Positions 31,558 through 41,277 of a DNA stretch of 64,000 nucleotides are shown here, piece after piece. How positions within the stretch are numbered: position 1 is the stretch's first letter; each line of letters starts with the position of its first letter. Source of the DNA: Gammaproteobacteria bacterium (GTDB lineage: Bacteria; Pseudomonadota; Gammaproteobacteria; JAKEHO01); NCBI GenBank assembly GCA_022614965.1, contig JAKEHO010000017.1:54280-118279 (forward strand). The letters are read 5' to 3'. The notes below the pieces were generated by a model. The model worked only from the letters and a program-made list of their open reading frames with translations. It had not been told where the DNA came from and searched no databases. The translations under genes were made by a program, and so were the position numbers.

Positions 31558-31680
31558 GGTCGACTCGATGCTACTGTATGTTCGACGGTATGATTTTCAA
31601 TGAAGCCGATGAAAGGCCTGTTCGATGAATGAGCTAGAGGATTTGAAGCAAGAGTTCAACAATATATGGTTCCTTATTTT

Positions 31681-32787
31681 TTATCGCTTCCTTAGAAGGA
31701 ATTCAAAGTCGAATCCAAAATCGGCACCCAAGGTTATGAAACTGGGCCACGTGCCCATTCTCTCTTGAATATGCCGGAAATAAAAGTATGGAGGCCAGCT
31801 TCTAAGCCGAGATCGTTGGGCCGCCAATTCACGCCTGATTTTTTCGGCTAGCGCATCAGTCCTGGGGTCGTCTGGAACTGTGATGGGTCGCTGTGTCTTT
31901 GAGGACAAGTCGAGCTCGTTCCGCAGCTTACCTACTGGCACCGCCCGCATCTTCTTACGCTTCGCTGGAAGATATCCGAGGGCGCGCAGGCCGCTTTTGA
32001 TGTGGATGTTTCGGAACCTGACACATTCGAATCCACATTCGGAGAAAAGGCGCAACAAATGCCGCTTTGTAAAGAAGGAGAGGTGGACTTGGCCTAAGAA
32101 AGGCAATAAGTCCTTCGAAGAACGCTGTAGGTCGTTTGACAGGTTTCTGACTGGTCCAAGATCTGCAGTGCCGTTGGGGGTGATCAATCGCAGATAGCCA
32201 CCCGCACGTAACACGCGACGGGTTTCCAGTAGGTGGTCGCGCGGGCGACGCACGTGTTCGAGCAGATCCTTCTGAAGGATATAGTCGAATGCGTTGTCAG
32301 GAAACTTTGCGTCTTCGAGAGTGGTACATCGTACGTTCAGCCCAAATTGCTGATCAGCGAAATAGGCAGCAAACTCTGAAACATCAATCCCCATAACATC
32401 CCAAGGGCTGTATTGTGTCAGGGAGTGCAAAACAAAGCCGAGCGCGCAGCCAACCTCTAGCAGGCGACCTCTCGGTGCAATCTTCCTTAACTGCTTTGCT
32501 AGAAAGTAGGCTTCACGCTCGTATCGCTGCTGTTGACGGGCATAGTCGCTGAAGCCGATGGCGGAATCCGAGTCGAAATAGTCGATTGAATAAAGGGCCT
32601 TCAATTCCGCCGGGCTGAGGCGGGGTCTGATCTGCCGGAACCCACAATGATCGCACTCACAAATACGAGCTGTGAACACACCACCCAGATTGACGTCAAG
32701 AATTGATCTGGTCAAACTCGGGGCATTGCAGATATCACACGGCTCATCTCGTTCCACTGAGGATCGGGACGTCTTAGGTTCCATCAT
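31681..32787 (-). CDS. Class I SAM-dependent methyltransferase with N-terminal Cys-pair (putative Zn) domain
   Basis: CDIC...CDHC, LLEVGCALG, DLLEHV..P, LRAGG..ITPN, HLSFFT; a type often found in polysaccharide loci. Confidence 0.88.
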   Translation of the reverse strand: MMEPKTSRSSVERDEPCDICNAPSLTRSILDVNLGGVFTARICECDHCGFRQIRPRLSPAELKALYSIDYFDSDSAIGFSDYARQQQRYEREAYFLAKQLRKIAPRGRLLEVGCALGFVLHSLTQYSPWDVMGIDVSEFAAYFADQQFGLNVRCTTLEDAKFPDNAFDYILQKDLLEHVRRPRDHLLETRRVLRAGGYLRLITPNGTADLGPVRNLSNDLQRSSKDLLPFLGQVHLSFFTKRHLLRLFSECGFECVRFRNIHIKSGLRALGYLPAKRKKMRAVPVGKLRNELDLSSKTQRPITVPDDPRTDALAEKIRRELAAQRSRLRSWPPYFYFRHIQERMGTWPSFITLGADFGFDFEFLLRKR

Positions 32788-33338
32788 TCTTCTTCATGCC
32801 ATACCTGACGTTGATAAAGAGCCGCTCAGGATGCTACCAGGTAACGAGGCGGTCGTGTCCAATGCACGCGGATCCCCGCCAACGATTGAGAAGGTCCCAG
32901 ATCCCTGGCTGGATCGGTTAGGGCCGTTCGCAGGCTTGTACCGAGCCTTATATTGCCCTAATCTCGCTCGCGCCTGTCCAATAGGGACTATTAAACAGGG
33001 ATCTGCATTCCACCCGTTGGCATTCCAGGCTTTATTTACAGTGATTCCGGCCTTTCGGGCAAGCATGACTTGCCGATGATAGGGCAACAAATCGGTAAAG
33101 TGGAATAAGCATTTAGACGGACAGCCTGGTAGGGCAAAGCACAAATTGGGATCCCTTCGCCGACATCCTATAGGTAGCGCAGCGTTGAGGCGTGTTACTC
33201 GTGCGGTAAGATAATGCAGCCTAGTTGAAATCGAGGCTCGCGGATGGTCGGCGAGAAACGTAACCTGGCGTTCCGCCTCAATGGAGCTTGAGATCACAGG
33301 GATCGATAAAGTCCCATTAGTTAGCTCACAGATAGTCT

Positions 33339-34586
33339 ATGGTAGACACATCGAGGTTACTTTACTGGCCAGTCGCGTTAGGGGTGTTTCTTGCGCCAAT
33401 TGTGATGCTCCAGATCCCCCATGGGAGCGGTGCCTCCTATCTGTTACTGGCCTCACTCGGTGTGTTGACGCCTTTTGTTTCCCGCTATCGACCCTTCAGT
33501 CAGGATGAAAAACGCCTCTTTACCGTGGTGGGCGCGTTTTGCGCTGTGGCGCTCGTGTCCTATCTTTTGAGCGACATGAATTATCTAGGGTTCAGGAAAC
33601 TGGGGCGCTATGTCCGCCTGCTCGCCGTCATACCTGTCGCGTACATTTTCGTGCGTGCACGACTCACCCAGGGCTGGCTGTGGTATGGCGTCGCCGCAGG
33701 AGCCCTACTCGCTGGCGTTGTCGCCATGATAGGGGCCTGGGATGCCTCTCTTCAGGGTCGGGACCATTACCGCGCGGGTGGTAGTACCGGTCCGATTTTG
33801 TATGGTGATCTGGCGCTGGCTATGGGGTTCATCGCGCTTGCCGGGATGGGGTACTTTCACCAGCAGGGTCGTTGGCAGGTCCTTATGCCCCTGGTGGGGG
33901 TTGCCATGGGACTACTCGCCAGCCTGCTATCAGGGACCCGCGGTGGCTGGATTGCATTGCCCGCATTGGCCTTGCTTTGCCTGTGGTTCTATTGGAAGCA
34001 TCTGCAACGCTGGCAGTGCTCTACCTTGCTAATGCTATTGTTGGTTATTCCGCTAGCCGCATGGATGATCCCACAAACGGGTGTCAAGACGCGGGTCGAG
34101 GAGGTGCGAACAGAGATCGCCGCCTATCTTGATGGCACAAACCGTGACACATCGATTGGCCACCGCTTCGAGCTGTGGCGGGCGGCGTGGCAAATGTTCG
34201 AGAATCATCCCTTGTTTGGAGCGGGCGTTGGCGCTGATCAGGAGGCCATTCAGGCACAGATCAGGGCCGGGGAACGACACGAGGGTATCGCGCACTATCA
34301 AAGCCCTCATAGCGAATACCTCTCTGTACTTGCCAGTCGAGGCCTGGTCGGGTTCGTGGTGCTGATCCTTTTGTTCCTGGTACCCGCTTGGACCTTCTAT
34401 CGAGCGGCGCGCACAGGTTCTGCGGATGTTGCCCGACTCGGGCTAGCGGGTTTGGTCGTTGTGGTCGCATTCATGCACTTCGGCCTGACCGATGCGATCC
34501 TTGATCGGGTTCCTCCCATCCATTTCTACGGGCTATTCCTTGCTTTACTGACCTACCTGATCTCGTCTCTTGAATATGATGCATGA
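33339..34586 (+). CDS. O-antigen ligase family (Wzy_C) membrane protein
   Basis: About 12 TM segments, SGTRGGW, SIGHRFELWRAAWQMF..HPLFGAG, PHSEYL..LASRGLVG. Confidence 0.9.
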   Translation: MVDTSRLLYWPVALGVFLAPIVMLQIPHGSGASYLLLASLGVLTPFVSRYRPFSQDEKRLFTVVGAFCAVALVSYLLSDMNYLGFRKLGRYVRLLAVIPVAYIFVRARLTQGWLWYGVAAGALLAGVVAMIGAWDASLQGRDHYRAGGSTGPILYGDLALAMGFIALAGMGYFHQQGRWQVLMPLVGVAMGLLASLLSGTRGGWIALPALALLCLWFYWKHLQRWQCSTLLMLLLVIPLAAWMIPQTGVKTRVEEVRTEIAAYLDGTNRDTSIGHRFELWRAAWQMFENHPLFGAGVGADQEAIQAQIRAGERHEGIAHYQSPHSEYLSVLASRGLVGFVVLILLFLVPAWTFYRAARTGSADVARLGLAGLVVVVAFMHFGLTDAILDRVPPIHFYGLFLALLTYLISSLEYDA

Positions 34587-34658
34587 TCCATGAGTAACAT
34601 GTGTCGGTTTCGAAGTCGGGGACACGAAGTGGGACTCCGTTTCCGGAGGTGACAGGTG

Positions 34659-35426
34659 ATGGAGAAAGAAAGTGGTCATACGCTAGGGCGGATCTCTGTT
34701 GTCATCATAACGAAAGATGCCGAGTTACACTTAGCAAACGTATTAGAAAGCACCGCTTCGTTCGGTGAGGTCATCATCTATGACAATGGCTCCACCGATT
34801 CGACCATTGATATTGCACGAGGCTTCCCTAACGTAGAAATAGCGACTGGGAAGTTCCTTGGATACGGTCCGACTAAAAATCACGCCGTCTCTTTGGCAAA
34901 CAATGACTGGGTGCTAACGATTGACAGCGATGAGGCGGTCTCGGAACAATTATTATATAGCCTGTCAAATCTAGATCTCGGTGATCCGAATAAAGCCTAT
35001 AGGATCAGACTCGATAATTATTTTATGGGGAAGAAGATTAAGTACTGCGGATGGGGATCGAACTGGCCAATCAGATTTTATAATCGAACGGTGCACTCCT
35101 TCACAGATGCTATGGTGCATGAGCGCGTTGTCGAGGTTAAGCACTCGCGCGAATGTAAGCTTGATGGCGCCCTGATTCACTATGCCGTCACCGATATTGG
35201 ACAGTTTCTCGTCAAGATCAACCGTTACTCAGAGATCCGAAAGGAAACATGGGATAGAGCCTACCCCGTGTTCGTCATTGTATTGCGTAGTTTGTGGGCA
35301 CTTTTTAGGACCTATGTTCTCAGACTTGGGTTCTTGGACGGATGGAGGGGCCTCGTAATTGCAGTCTCAGAGGCCAATGGCGTTTTTTACAAGTACATGA
35401 AGGTTTACGCAAAGCACAAGGCATGA
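34659..35426 (+). CDS. GT2 glycosyltransferase (KdtX/WaaE/LgtF-like LPS core beta-glycosyltransferase)
   Basis: ISVVIITKD, DNGSTDST, WVLTIDSDE, VHE, LRLGFLDGWRG, FYKYMK. Confidence 0.9.
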   Translation: MEKESGHTLGRISVVIITKDAELHLANVLESTASFGEVIIYDNGSTDSTIDIARGFPNVEIATGKFLGYGPTKNHAVSLANNDWVLTIDSDEAVSEQLLYSLSNLDLGDPNKAYRIRLDNYFMGKKIKYCGWGSNWPIRFYNRTVHSFTDAMVHERVVEVKHSRECKLDGALIHYAVTDIGQFLVKINRYSEIRKETWDRAYPVFVIVLRSLWALFRTYVLRLGFLDGWRGLVIAVSEANGVFYKYMKVYAKHKA

Positions 35427-36490
35427 GGATTTGTCATATAAATCTTGCCAGAGGATTTCGCGGGGGCGAGCGTCAGACGCTATATCTGATGGAGGGTCTT
35501 CGAAAGCTGGGATGCGTCTGTAAGCTCTTTGCCAGACATAAGGGAGGACTTGCAGAGGCAGCACGCCGTGAAGATTTACCGGTCTACGGACTATCAAAGC
35601 CTTATTTCATTTCCGCATTCAAATTACGGGGCTATGACGTGATCCACGCACATGAGGCGAAGGCACACCAATTAGCAGCCATCACCCGGCGAGTTCACAA
35701 AAGGCCATTCATCGTGACGCGGCGCGTGGCGCGGGTACCTAAACGGAACCGCTTCACGGTCGCAAGGTACACGGCGGCGGCACATACCGTGGCTGTCTCT
35801 CACACCATTGCCGATATCTTGGTTGACTGGGGTCTGAAGCGCGAATGCCTATCGGTCATTTATGACGCAGTCAGGTTGGAAGATTGCTCAGATTTGGCGC
35901 GTGTGACTGAGCTAAGAAGGCGGTTTGAGGGTTACCAGGTGGTTGGCTCTGTGGGGGCACTGACAATCAAAGACAAGGATCCGGTGACCTTTCTCGAAGC
36001 TGCTCGCCATGTTCAAGATCAAAGAAACAACGTGGCGTTCGTCTTGATAGGTGGAGGTAAAGATGAGGGTGCCGTCCGAGCAAAAGCGAGAGAGCTTGGT
36101 CTGAAAAACGTCTTCTTCGAAGGTCATCAGGCGGATCCGTACTCGTATTACAGTGTAATGGACCTATTGGTACTGACATCAAAATCGGAGGGCCTAGGCT
36201 CAGCGATTCTCGATGCGTTTGCCTATCGGGTGCCTGTGGTAGCGACCGCCACCGGTGGAATTGGCGAATTGATTCAGGACGGCCACACGGGTTATCTCGC
36301 CCCCGTAGGCGATGCTAGGGCGGTCGCCACGAAGATATTGGAGGCGCTTGGCGAGCGTGCCAGGCGCAATGATTATGTTGACAATGCGTTGTCGCTGCTT
36401 AAGTCGCGTCACACTATTGATATGATGGCTAGCCATTATGCGAAGCTGTATCAAGAATTAGTCGAGGGAGACTACGCCGAACCCTGCTAG
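35423..36490 (+). CDS. GT4 glycosyltransferase
   Basis: RGGERQ, SKSEGLGSAILDA, PVVATATGGIGE; ATGA overlap with the GT2 stop. Confidence 0.9.
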   Translation: MRICHINLARGFRGGERQTLYLMEGLRKLGCVCKLFARHKGGLAEAARREDLPVYGLSKPYFISAFKLRGYDVIHAHEAKAHQLAAITRRVHKRPFIVTRRVARVPKRNRFTVARYTAAAHTVAVSHTIADILVDWGLKRECLSVIYDAVRLEDCSDLARVTELRRRFEGYQVVGSVGALTIKDKDPVTFLEAARHVQDQRNNVAFVLIGGGKDEGAVRAKARELGLKNVFFEGHQADPYSYYSVMDLLVLTSKSEGLGSAILDAFAYRVPVVATATGGIGELIQDGHTGYLAPVGDARAVATKILEALGERARRNDYVDNALSLLKSRHTIDMMASHYAKLYQELVEGDYAEPC

Positions 36491-36684
36491 CTCGGCGGAT
36501 GTCCGATGGCGTTGCGATACGGCCATAGGATAGGCCGAATGCAAGGCGACGATATGCCAGAACCGAAAACGTGCACGGACCCTTAGCCGAATGGTGAAAT
36601 CTGTGCGTGCTGTTATCACGCTTTGTTGTTGCAAGCTCTTGAGTTGCCTTACAATGTTGCCTCATTTGCCCGGGGATCATGTAA

Positions 36685-37089
36685 ATGAGCCAAATACATG
36701 TGCCGATCTCTATTGGTGAGCTCATCGACAAAATCACCGTCCTGGAGATCAAGATGGAGCGAATCGGCGACGCTAGCAAGCGCAAAAATGTACGAAAGGA
36801 ATTAGAGTTGCTTAATGAAACTTTGAACAGCTCTCAGGATGTTCGATACGATATCAGCAAGGAAAGGGCAGAGTTAAAGTCAATCAATGAAGCCCTATGG
36901 GATATTGAAGATCAAATTAGACTCAAAGAGGCCGAAGGGCAGTTCGACGAAGCATTCGTTGAATTAGCGCGTGCTGTCTATGTCAACAATGATAAGCGGG
37001 CGGCCATCAAACGTCAGATCAATATCCTTTTGCGCTCTGACATCATTGAGGAGAAATCCTATGCGGATTATACCCGTAACAGCCTGTAA
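36685..37089 (+). CDS. DUF6165-like protein
   Basis: VPISIGELIDKITVLEIK...LWDIEDQIR.KE...FVELARAVY..ND.RA.IK..IN...S.I.EEKSY, recognised from memory of the family. Confidence 0.8.
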   Translation: MSQIHVPISIGELIDKITVLEIKMERIGDASKRKNVRKELELLNETLNSSQDVRYDISKERAELKSINEALWDIEDQIRLKEAEGQFDEAFVELARAVYVNNDKRAAIKRQINILLRSDIIEEKSYADYTRNSL

Positions 37090-37278
37090 TTGCCGAGCCG
37101 AACTGATGAAGTCGGTGTTGTCAACGATATCGTCTCAAAGCGGATTTCCTCATACTGCAAGCTCGTCTTGTTGTTCAGGGGCTATGTCTGCAAATGGCAA
37201 GGTATAGCCCTCTGCCAGTGGCTCGCCACCTACGCAAAAACTTTTTCGCAGGGATGCTGGGGCTACTCGGGTAAGCCA

Positions 37279-37989
37279 ATGTACCGGTGTGAGCAACCGC
37301 TGGATCACGGCTACATTCTCTACGACAAAGACGTTATCGCAAGTGCCGCGGATGTGAGTTTTGATCCCAAGGCATTGGCGAACTCCGGTGCGTTGGTTGG
37401 GGAGGTTCGAGGCCGAGGGGTGAACTATTTTATCAGGATGGCAGGTCACGACTGGGTGCTGCGGCACTACCGGCGCGGCGGGGCTATCGCGCGCATCATG
37501 GGTGACGCCTATCTCTGGACCGGTCGGCATCGCACGAGGCCGTGGCGGGAATGGCGCATGCTGGAGGGGCTTTGGATAGCAGGCTTGCCCGTACCCCGGC
37601 CTGTCGCCGCGCGGGTGTTGAGGTACGGTCTGGTGTATAGGGCCGATATTATTGTTGAACGGCTGGTCGGGGCACTTGCATTGAGTCAGTGGCTGAGGCA
37701 AAGAAGGCTTGATAAGGGGGCATGGAAGGCGATTGGTCGGTGCATACGTCGTTTTCATGATGCTGGCGTGTACCACCCAGATCTCAACGCACACAATATA
37801 ATGCTAGCGGGAGAGCAGGGAATATACGTTATTGACTTTGATCGGAGTGAACTGCGCCCTCCGTCTGAACATTGGTGCCCTAAAAATCTGGCACGTTTGC
37901 GTCGATCCTTAACGAAAGTCCGATCATTGACGGATACCTATTACTTTTCCGATCAGGACTGGCAGGCGCTTTGTGAAGGCTATGGTTAG
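37279..37989 (+). CDS. kdkA: 3-deoxy-D-manno-octulosonic acid (Kdo) kinase
   Basis: GRG, WVLRHYRRGG, LPVPRPVAAR, YRADI, HPDLNAHNI, IDFDR, NLARLRRSL.K; start uncertain. Confidence 0.92.
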   Translation: MYRCEQPLDHGYILYDKDVIASAADVSFDPKALANSGALVGEVRGRGVNYFIRMAGHDWVLRHYRRGGAIARIMGDAYLWTGRHRTRPWREWRMLEGLWIAGLPVPRPVAARVLRYGLVYRADIIVERLVGALALSQWLRQRRLDKGAWKAIGRCIRRFHDAGVYHPDLNAHNIMLAGEQGIYVIDFDRSELRPPSEHWCPKNLARLRRSLTKVRSLTDTYYFSDQDWQALCEGYG

Positions 37990-38144
37990 CAGATTTTCCC
38001 TGTTAATACCAAATGCCTATTCACCGGTCATCTGCAAGGAGAGCGCGCCGGTCCGATCTCGGAAACGGAGCCGCCACTTCACTGGCGGCACCGTTCTATC
38101 GGCATGTTGCCACATAAACAGTATGGTATTTTTGAAGGTGATCC

Positions 38145-38966
38145 ATGCCGCCTAAGCTCGGAATCATCGCGGGTGGCGGCGAGCTGCCGGCCTCGCTCAT
38201 CTCCATCTGCCGTGCCACCGGGCGCGAGTTTTTTGTCCTTGCCGTTGACGGCTATACCGACCCTAAGCTGGTTGAGGATCTGCCCCACGCCTGGACGCGC
38301 TTGGGGGCGTTTGAGACGAGCATTCAGTTGCTCCGGGGGGCGGGTGTCGAAGAACTCGTCTTGGCAGGCCACGCACGCCGTCCATCCTTTAGCGGGATGA
38401 TGCCTGATGCGCGGCTTCGCCGATTACTCCTTCATTTAGGGTTTGCTGCCTCCGGCGATGACGGGCTGCTTTCCGGGGTGATCAAGGAGTTTGAGGAGGA
38501 GGGATTTCGCGTGGTGGGCTTACAGAGCATTATCGGAGACGTGTTGGCTGTTGAGGGTGTGTATACGAAGTGCGAACCGGACGAGCAGGCAAGGCTCGAT
38601 ATCGCACGTGGCGTTAAAGTAGCGAGAGCGCTGGGAGCGGAGGATGTCGGTCAGAGTGTGGTGGTACAGCACGGCATGGTCCTCGGTGTGGAGGCGATCG
38701 AGGGCACGGACGCATTGCTTGCGCGCTGTGGTACGTTAAAGCGGGACGGCCCCGGGGGGGTTCTTGTGAAAGTGAAAAAGCCAGTGCAGGAGCGACGCGT
38801 CGATCTACCGACGATTGGTCTCAGCACCGTTCATGGAGCGGCAGGTGCAGGCCTGCGCGGCATTGCCATCGAAGCTGGCGGGTCTCTCGTCGTCGACCGG
38901 CGTGCCGTGACCCGCGCCGCCGATGCCGCTGGCCTCTTTATCATGGGGATCACCCTCGAGGCGTGA
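38145..38966 (+). CDS. lpxI: UDP-2,3-diacylglucosamine diphosphatase LpxI
   Basis: LGIIAGGGELP, GDDGLL, DVGQSVVV, VEAIEGTDALL, LVKVKKPVQERRVDLPTIG; directly upstream of lpxB. Confidence 0.93.
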   Translation: MPPKLGIIAGGGELPASLISICRATGREFFVLAVDGYTDPKLVEDLPHAWTRLGAFETSIQLLRGAGVEELVLAGHARRPSFSGMMPDARLRRLLLHLGFAASGDDGLLSGVIKEFEEEGFRVVGLQSIIGDVLAVEGVYTKCEPDEQARLDIARGVKVARALGAEDVGQSVVVQHGMVLGVEAIEGTDALLARCGTLKRDGPGGVLVKVKKPVQERRVDLPTIGLSTVHGAAGAGLRGIAIEAGGSLVVDRRAVTRAADAAGLFIMGITLEA

Positions 38967-40174
38967 GCGCGCCAACCGACTCCGAGCCGGGTCAACTGGT
39001 TTTCCTCATCGCGGGTGAGCCCTCGGGCGACCAGCTGGGGGCCCGCTTGATGGCCGGACTTAAGGAAGAGGGTGGCGGGCGAGTGCGTTTCGCCGGCGTT
39101 GGCGGGGAGCAGATGGCCGAGCAGGGGCTTAGGAGTCTCTTCCCAATGGCCGAGCTCGCCGTGACCGGACTAGTTGAGGTCGTGTTTCATCTTCCGCAGA
39201 TTTTCCGCCGCATTAGCGACACCGTACAAGCCGTATTACAGTGTCGTCCTGACGTGGTCGTGACCATTGACGCCCCGGATTTCTCTCTGCAGGTCGCGCG
39301 GCGCCTGAAGGGCGCCGGGATCCCTTTGGTCCATTGCGTGGCACCGACAGTGTGGGCATGGAAGCCCCAGCGGGCAAAGAAGATGGCCGGTTTTCTGGAT
39401 CGTGTGTTGGCCCTCTTACCGTTCGAGCCGCCCTATTTTGAGGTACACGGCCTCGCCTGCGATTTTGTGGGTCACCCCGCTGTGGAAGGCGTTGCCGGCG
39501 GTGATGGACCGGCATTTCGCAAACGCTATGCCATCCCGATGACCGCCCCCCTGCTTTGCGCATTGCCCGGGAGCCGCCGAGGCGAGACGAGGCGGCTGCT
39601 GCCGGTGTTCCGGGACGCCCTTGCCCTGTTGGCAAAACGTATTCCAAACATTTACGTGGCCATCCCGACGGTTTCTGATGTTGCCGCACTGGTTGAGGAG
39701 GCGGCGTCGCATTTGCCGATGCCGGTCATTCTCGTTCGTAGCCGAGAAGAGAAATATGATGCCTATGCGGCAGCCGATGTGGCGCTGGCGAAATCAGGGA
39801 CGTCAATCATTGAACTTGCGGCAGCAGGTGTACCCACCGTCGTGACCCATCGCGTCAATCCGCTGACGGCATTCATGGTGCGGCGGATGATTCGGCTCGA
39901 ATACGTGAGCTTTGTGAATGTTCTGCTTGGGCGTCCAATGCAACCAGAGCTGTTACAGGAAAATTGTAGGCCCGAAAAGCTCGCGGCTACCGTCGAGCGT
40001 ATGCTGACCGATGCTAAATGGCGCGCGGAACAGATCGAAGGTGAACGGCATGTAGCCGAGGTACTGGGTATGGGCGGCGAACCGCCGAGCCGCAGAGCGG
40101 CACGAGTCGTACTCGATGTGATCCGAGCAAAATTGGATGGTTTAGGTGGCTCAATCGTGAAGCGAGAAGGGTGA
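38963..40174 (+). CDS. lpxB: Lipid-A-disaccharide synthase
   Basis: IAGEPSGDQLG, IDAPDF, APTVWAW, LLPFE, FVGHP, LPGSR, SGT, PELLQ. Confidence 0.96.
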   Translation: MSAPTDSEPGQLVFLIAGEPSGDQLGARLMAGLKEEGGGRVRFAGVGGEQMAEQGLRSLFPMAELAVTGLVEVVFHLPQIFRRISDTVQAVLQCRPDVVVTIDAPDFSLQVARRLKGAGIPLVHCVAPTVWAWKPQRAKKMAGFLDRVLALLPFEPPYFEVHGLACDFVGHPAVEGVAGGDGPAFRKRYAIPMTAPLLCALPGSRRGETRRLLPVFRDALALLAKRIPNIYVAIPTVSDVAALVEEAASHLPMPVILVRSREEKYDAYAAADVALAKSGTSIIELAAAGVPTVVTHRVNPLTAFMVRRMIRLEYVSFVNVLLGRPMQPELLQENCRPEKLAATVERMLTDAKWRAEQIEGERHVAEVLGMGGEPPSRRAARVVLDVIRAKLDGLGGSIVKREG

Positions 40175-40266
40175 CAGCCTATTGGTGCATCGGATGCCAA
40201 ATCGCAGTACATCACTCTAAGGAACATAGGCGATCAATGACAACGATACCTCGCTGATCTTGCAAG

Positions 40267-41175
40267 ATGAAAGCGTTGGGCTACTTTTTTTGCTATGTTG
40301 CCGTGACTATTGTCATCGGCGCGCTGCTATCCTATGCCCTTTTTCTTGTGATACATGATAGTCCGCTTGCGCCCTCGGTGTTATCGCAGGTTCCTTTCCA
40401 CAAGGTGGTGCCCCGCGCATTCATGCTTGTGGCTCTGCTTGGGCTTTGGCCACTCCTGAAATCACTCGGATTGACCACGCGAAGGGACCTGGGGTTTGAC
40501 CTCCCATCACGTGCACTCCTTGTAGCGATCGGTCACGGAATGATTGTCGGGATCATGATACTCGCATCTCTTGCCATCGTATTGGTGATCCTCGGGGTGA
40601 GGGAACTCGATGCAACCGGAGACCTTTTTCCGTTCAACCTGGTTGGTGTGGTCATCAAGGCCTTGGCTGCGGGAATTTTGATTGCACTTATCGAAGAGAC
40701 CGTATTTCGTGGCGCGTTTTACAGTGTTGCAAGCAAGGCGTTCAAAGTGACGGGCACAATAGTCTTTACAGCGCTTCTCTATGCCGCGGTTCATTTCATC
40801 CGCTCCGGAACCGAAATCCCTTTTGGCGACGTCAGCTGGCAAAGCGGGTTTACCGTGCTGGCATATTCCTTGCAAACTTTTTGGAGTCTTGCATTTCTGG
40901 ATTCTTTCTTGGCGCTCTTTTCGGCTGGGATATTTCTCGGGTTGGTACGTTTTTCGACAGGCCATATTGGGCAGTGCATCGGCATCCATGCTGGCTGGGT
41001 ACTATCGATTAAAGTGACCAAGTATCTTACGGCGAAGAATGATGCTTCGGATCTGGATTTCCTGGTTGGCTATTACGACGGGATTATTGGTTACCTGGCG
41101 GTTGCCTGGCTCATTATCGCGTGCCTTTTGTACTACCTTTTCTCTAGGCGACGGGAGGCGGTGGCCTCGCTATGA
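40267..41175 (+). CDS. CPBP (Abi/CAAX-type) intramembrane glutamic endopeptidase
   Basis: Multi-TM protein with motif 1 EETVFRG, motif 2 LYAAVHF and motif 3 IGIHAGW. Confidence 0.87.
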   Translation: MKALGYFFCYVAVTIVIGALLSYALFLVIHDSPLAPSVLSQVPFHKVVPRAFMLVALLGLWPLLKSLGLTTRRDLGFDLPSRALLVAIGHGMIVGIMILASLAIVLVILGVRELDATGDLFPFNLVGVVIKALAAGILIALIEETVFRGAFYSVASKAFKVTGTIVFTALLYAAVHFIRSGTEIPFGDVSWQSGFTVLAYSLQTFWSLAFLDSFLALFSAGIFLGLVRFSTGHIGQCIGIHAGWVLSIKVTKYLTAKNDASDLDFLVGYYDGIIGYLAVAWLIIACLLYYLFSRRREAVASL

Positions 41176-41277
41176 AATGCGCATCCGAACTAATTCATCC
41201 TATGCCTCCACAGAGGGATCGGGGTTTTGCACAGGAGAAAAGAAGCGTGGACACTCGATTGGAAACGCGCGCTCAGA

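Noticed and set aside
37101..37130. CTGATGA hammerhead-like word upstream of kdkA
   Set aside because: No stem II followed by GAAA.
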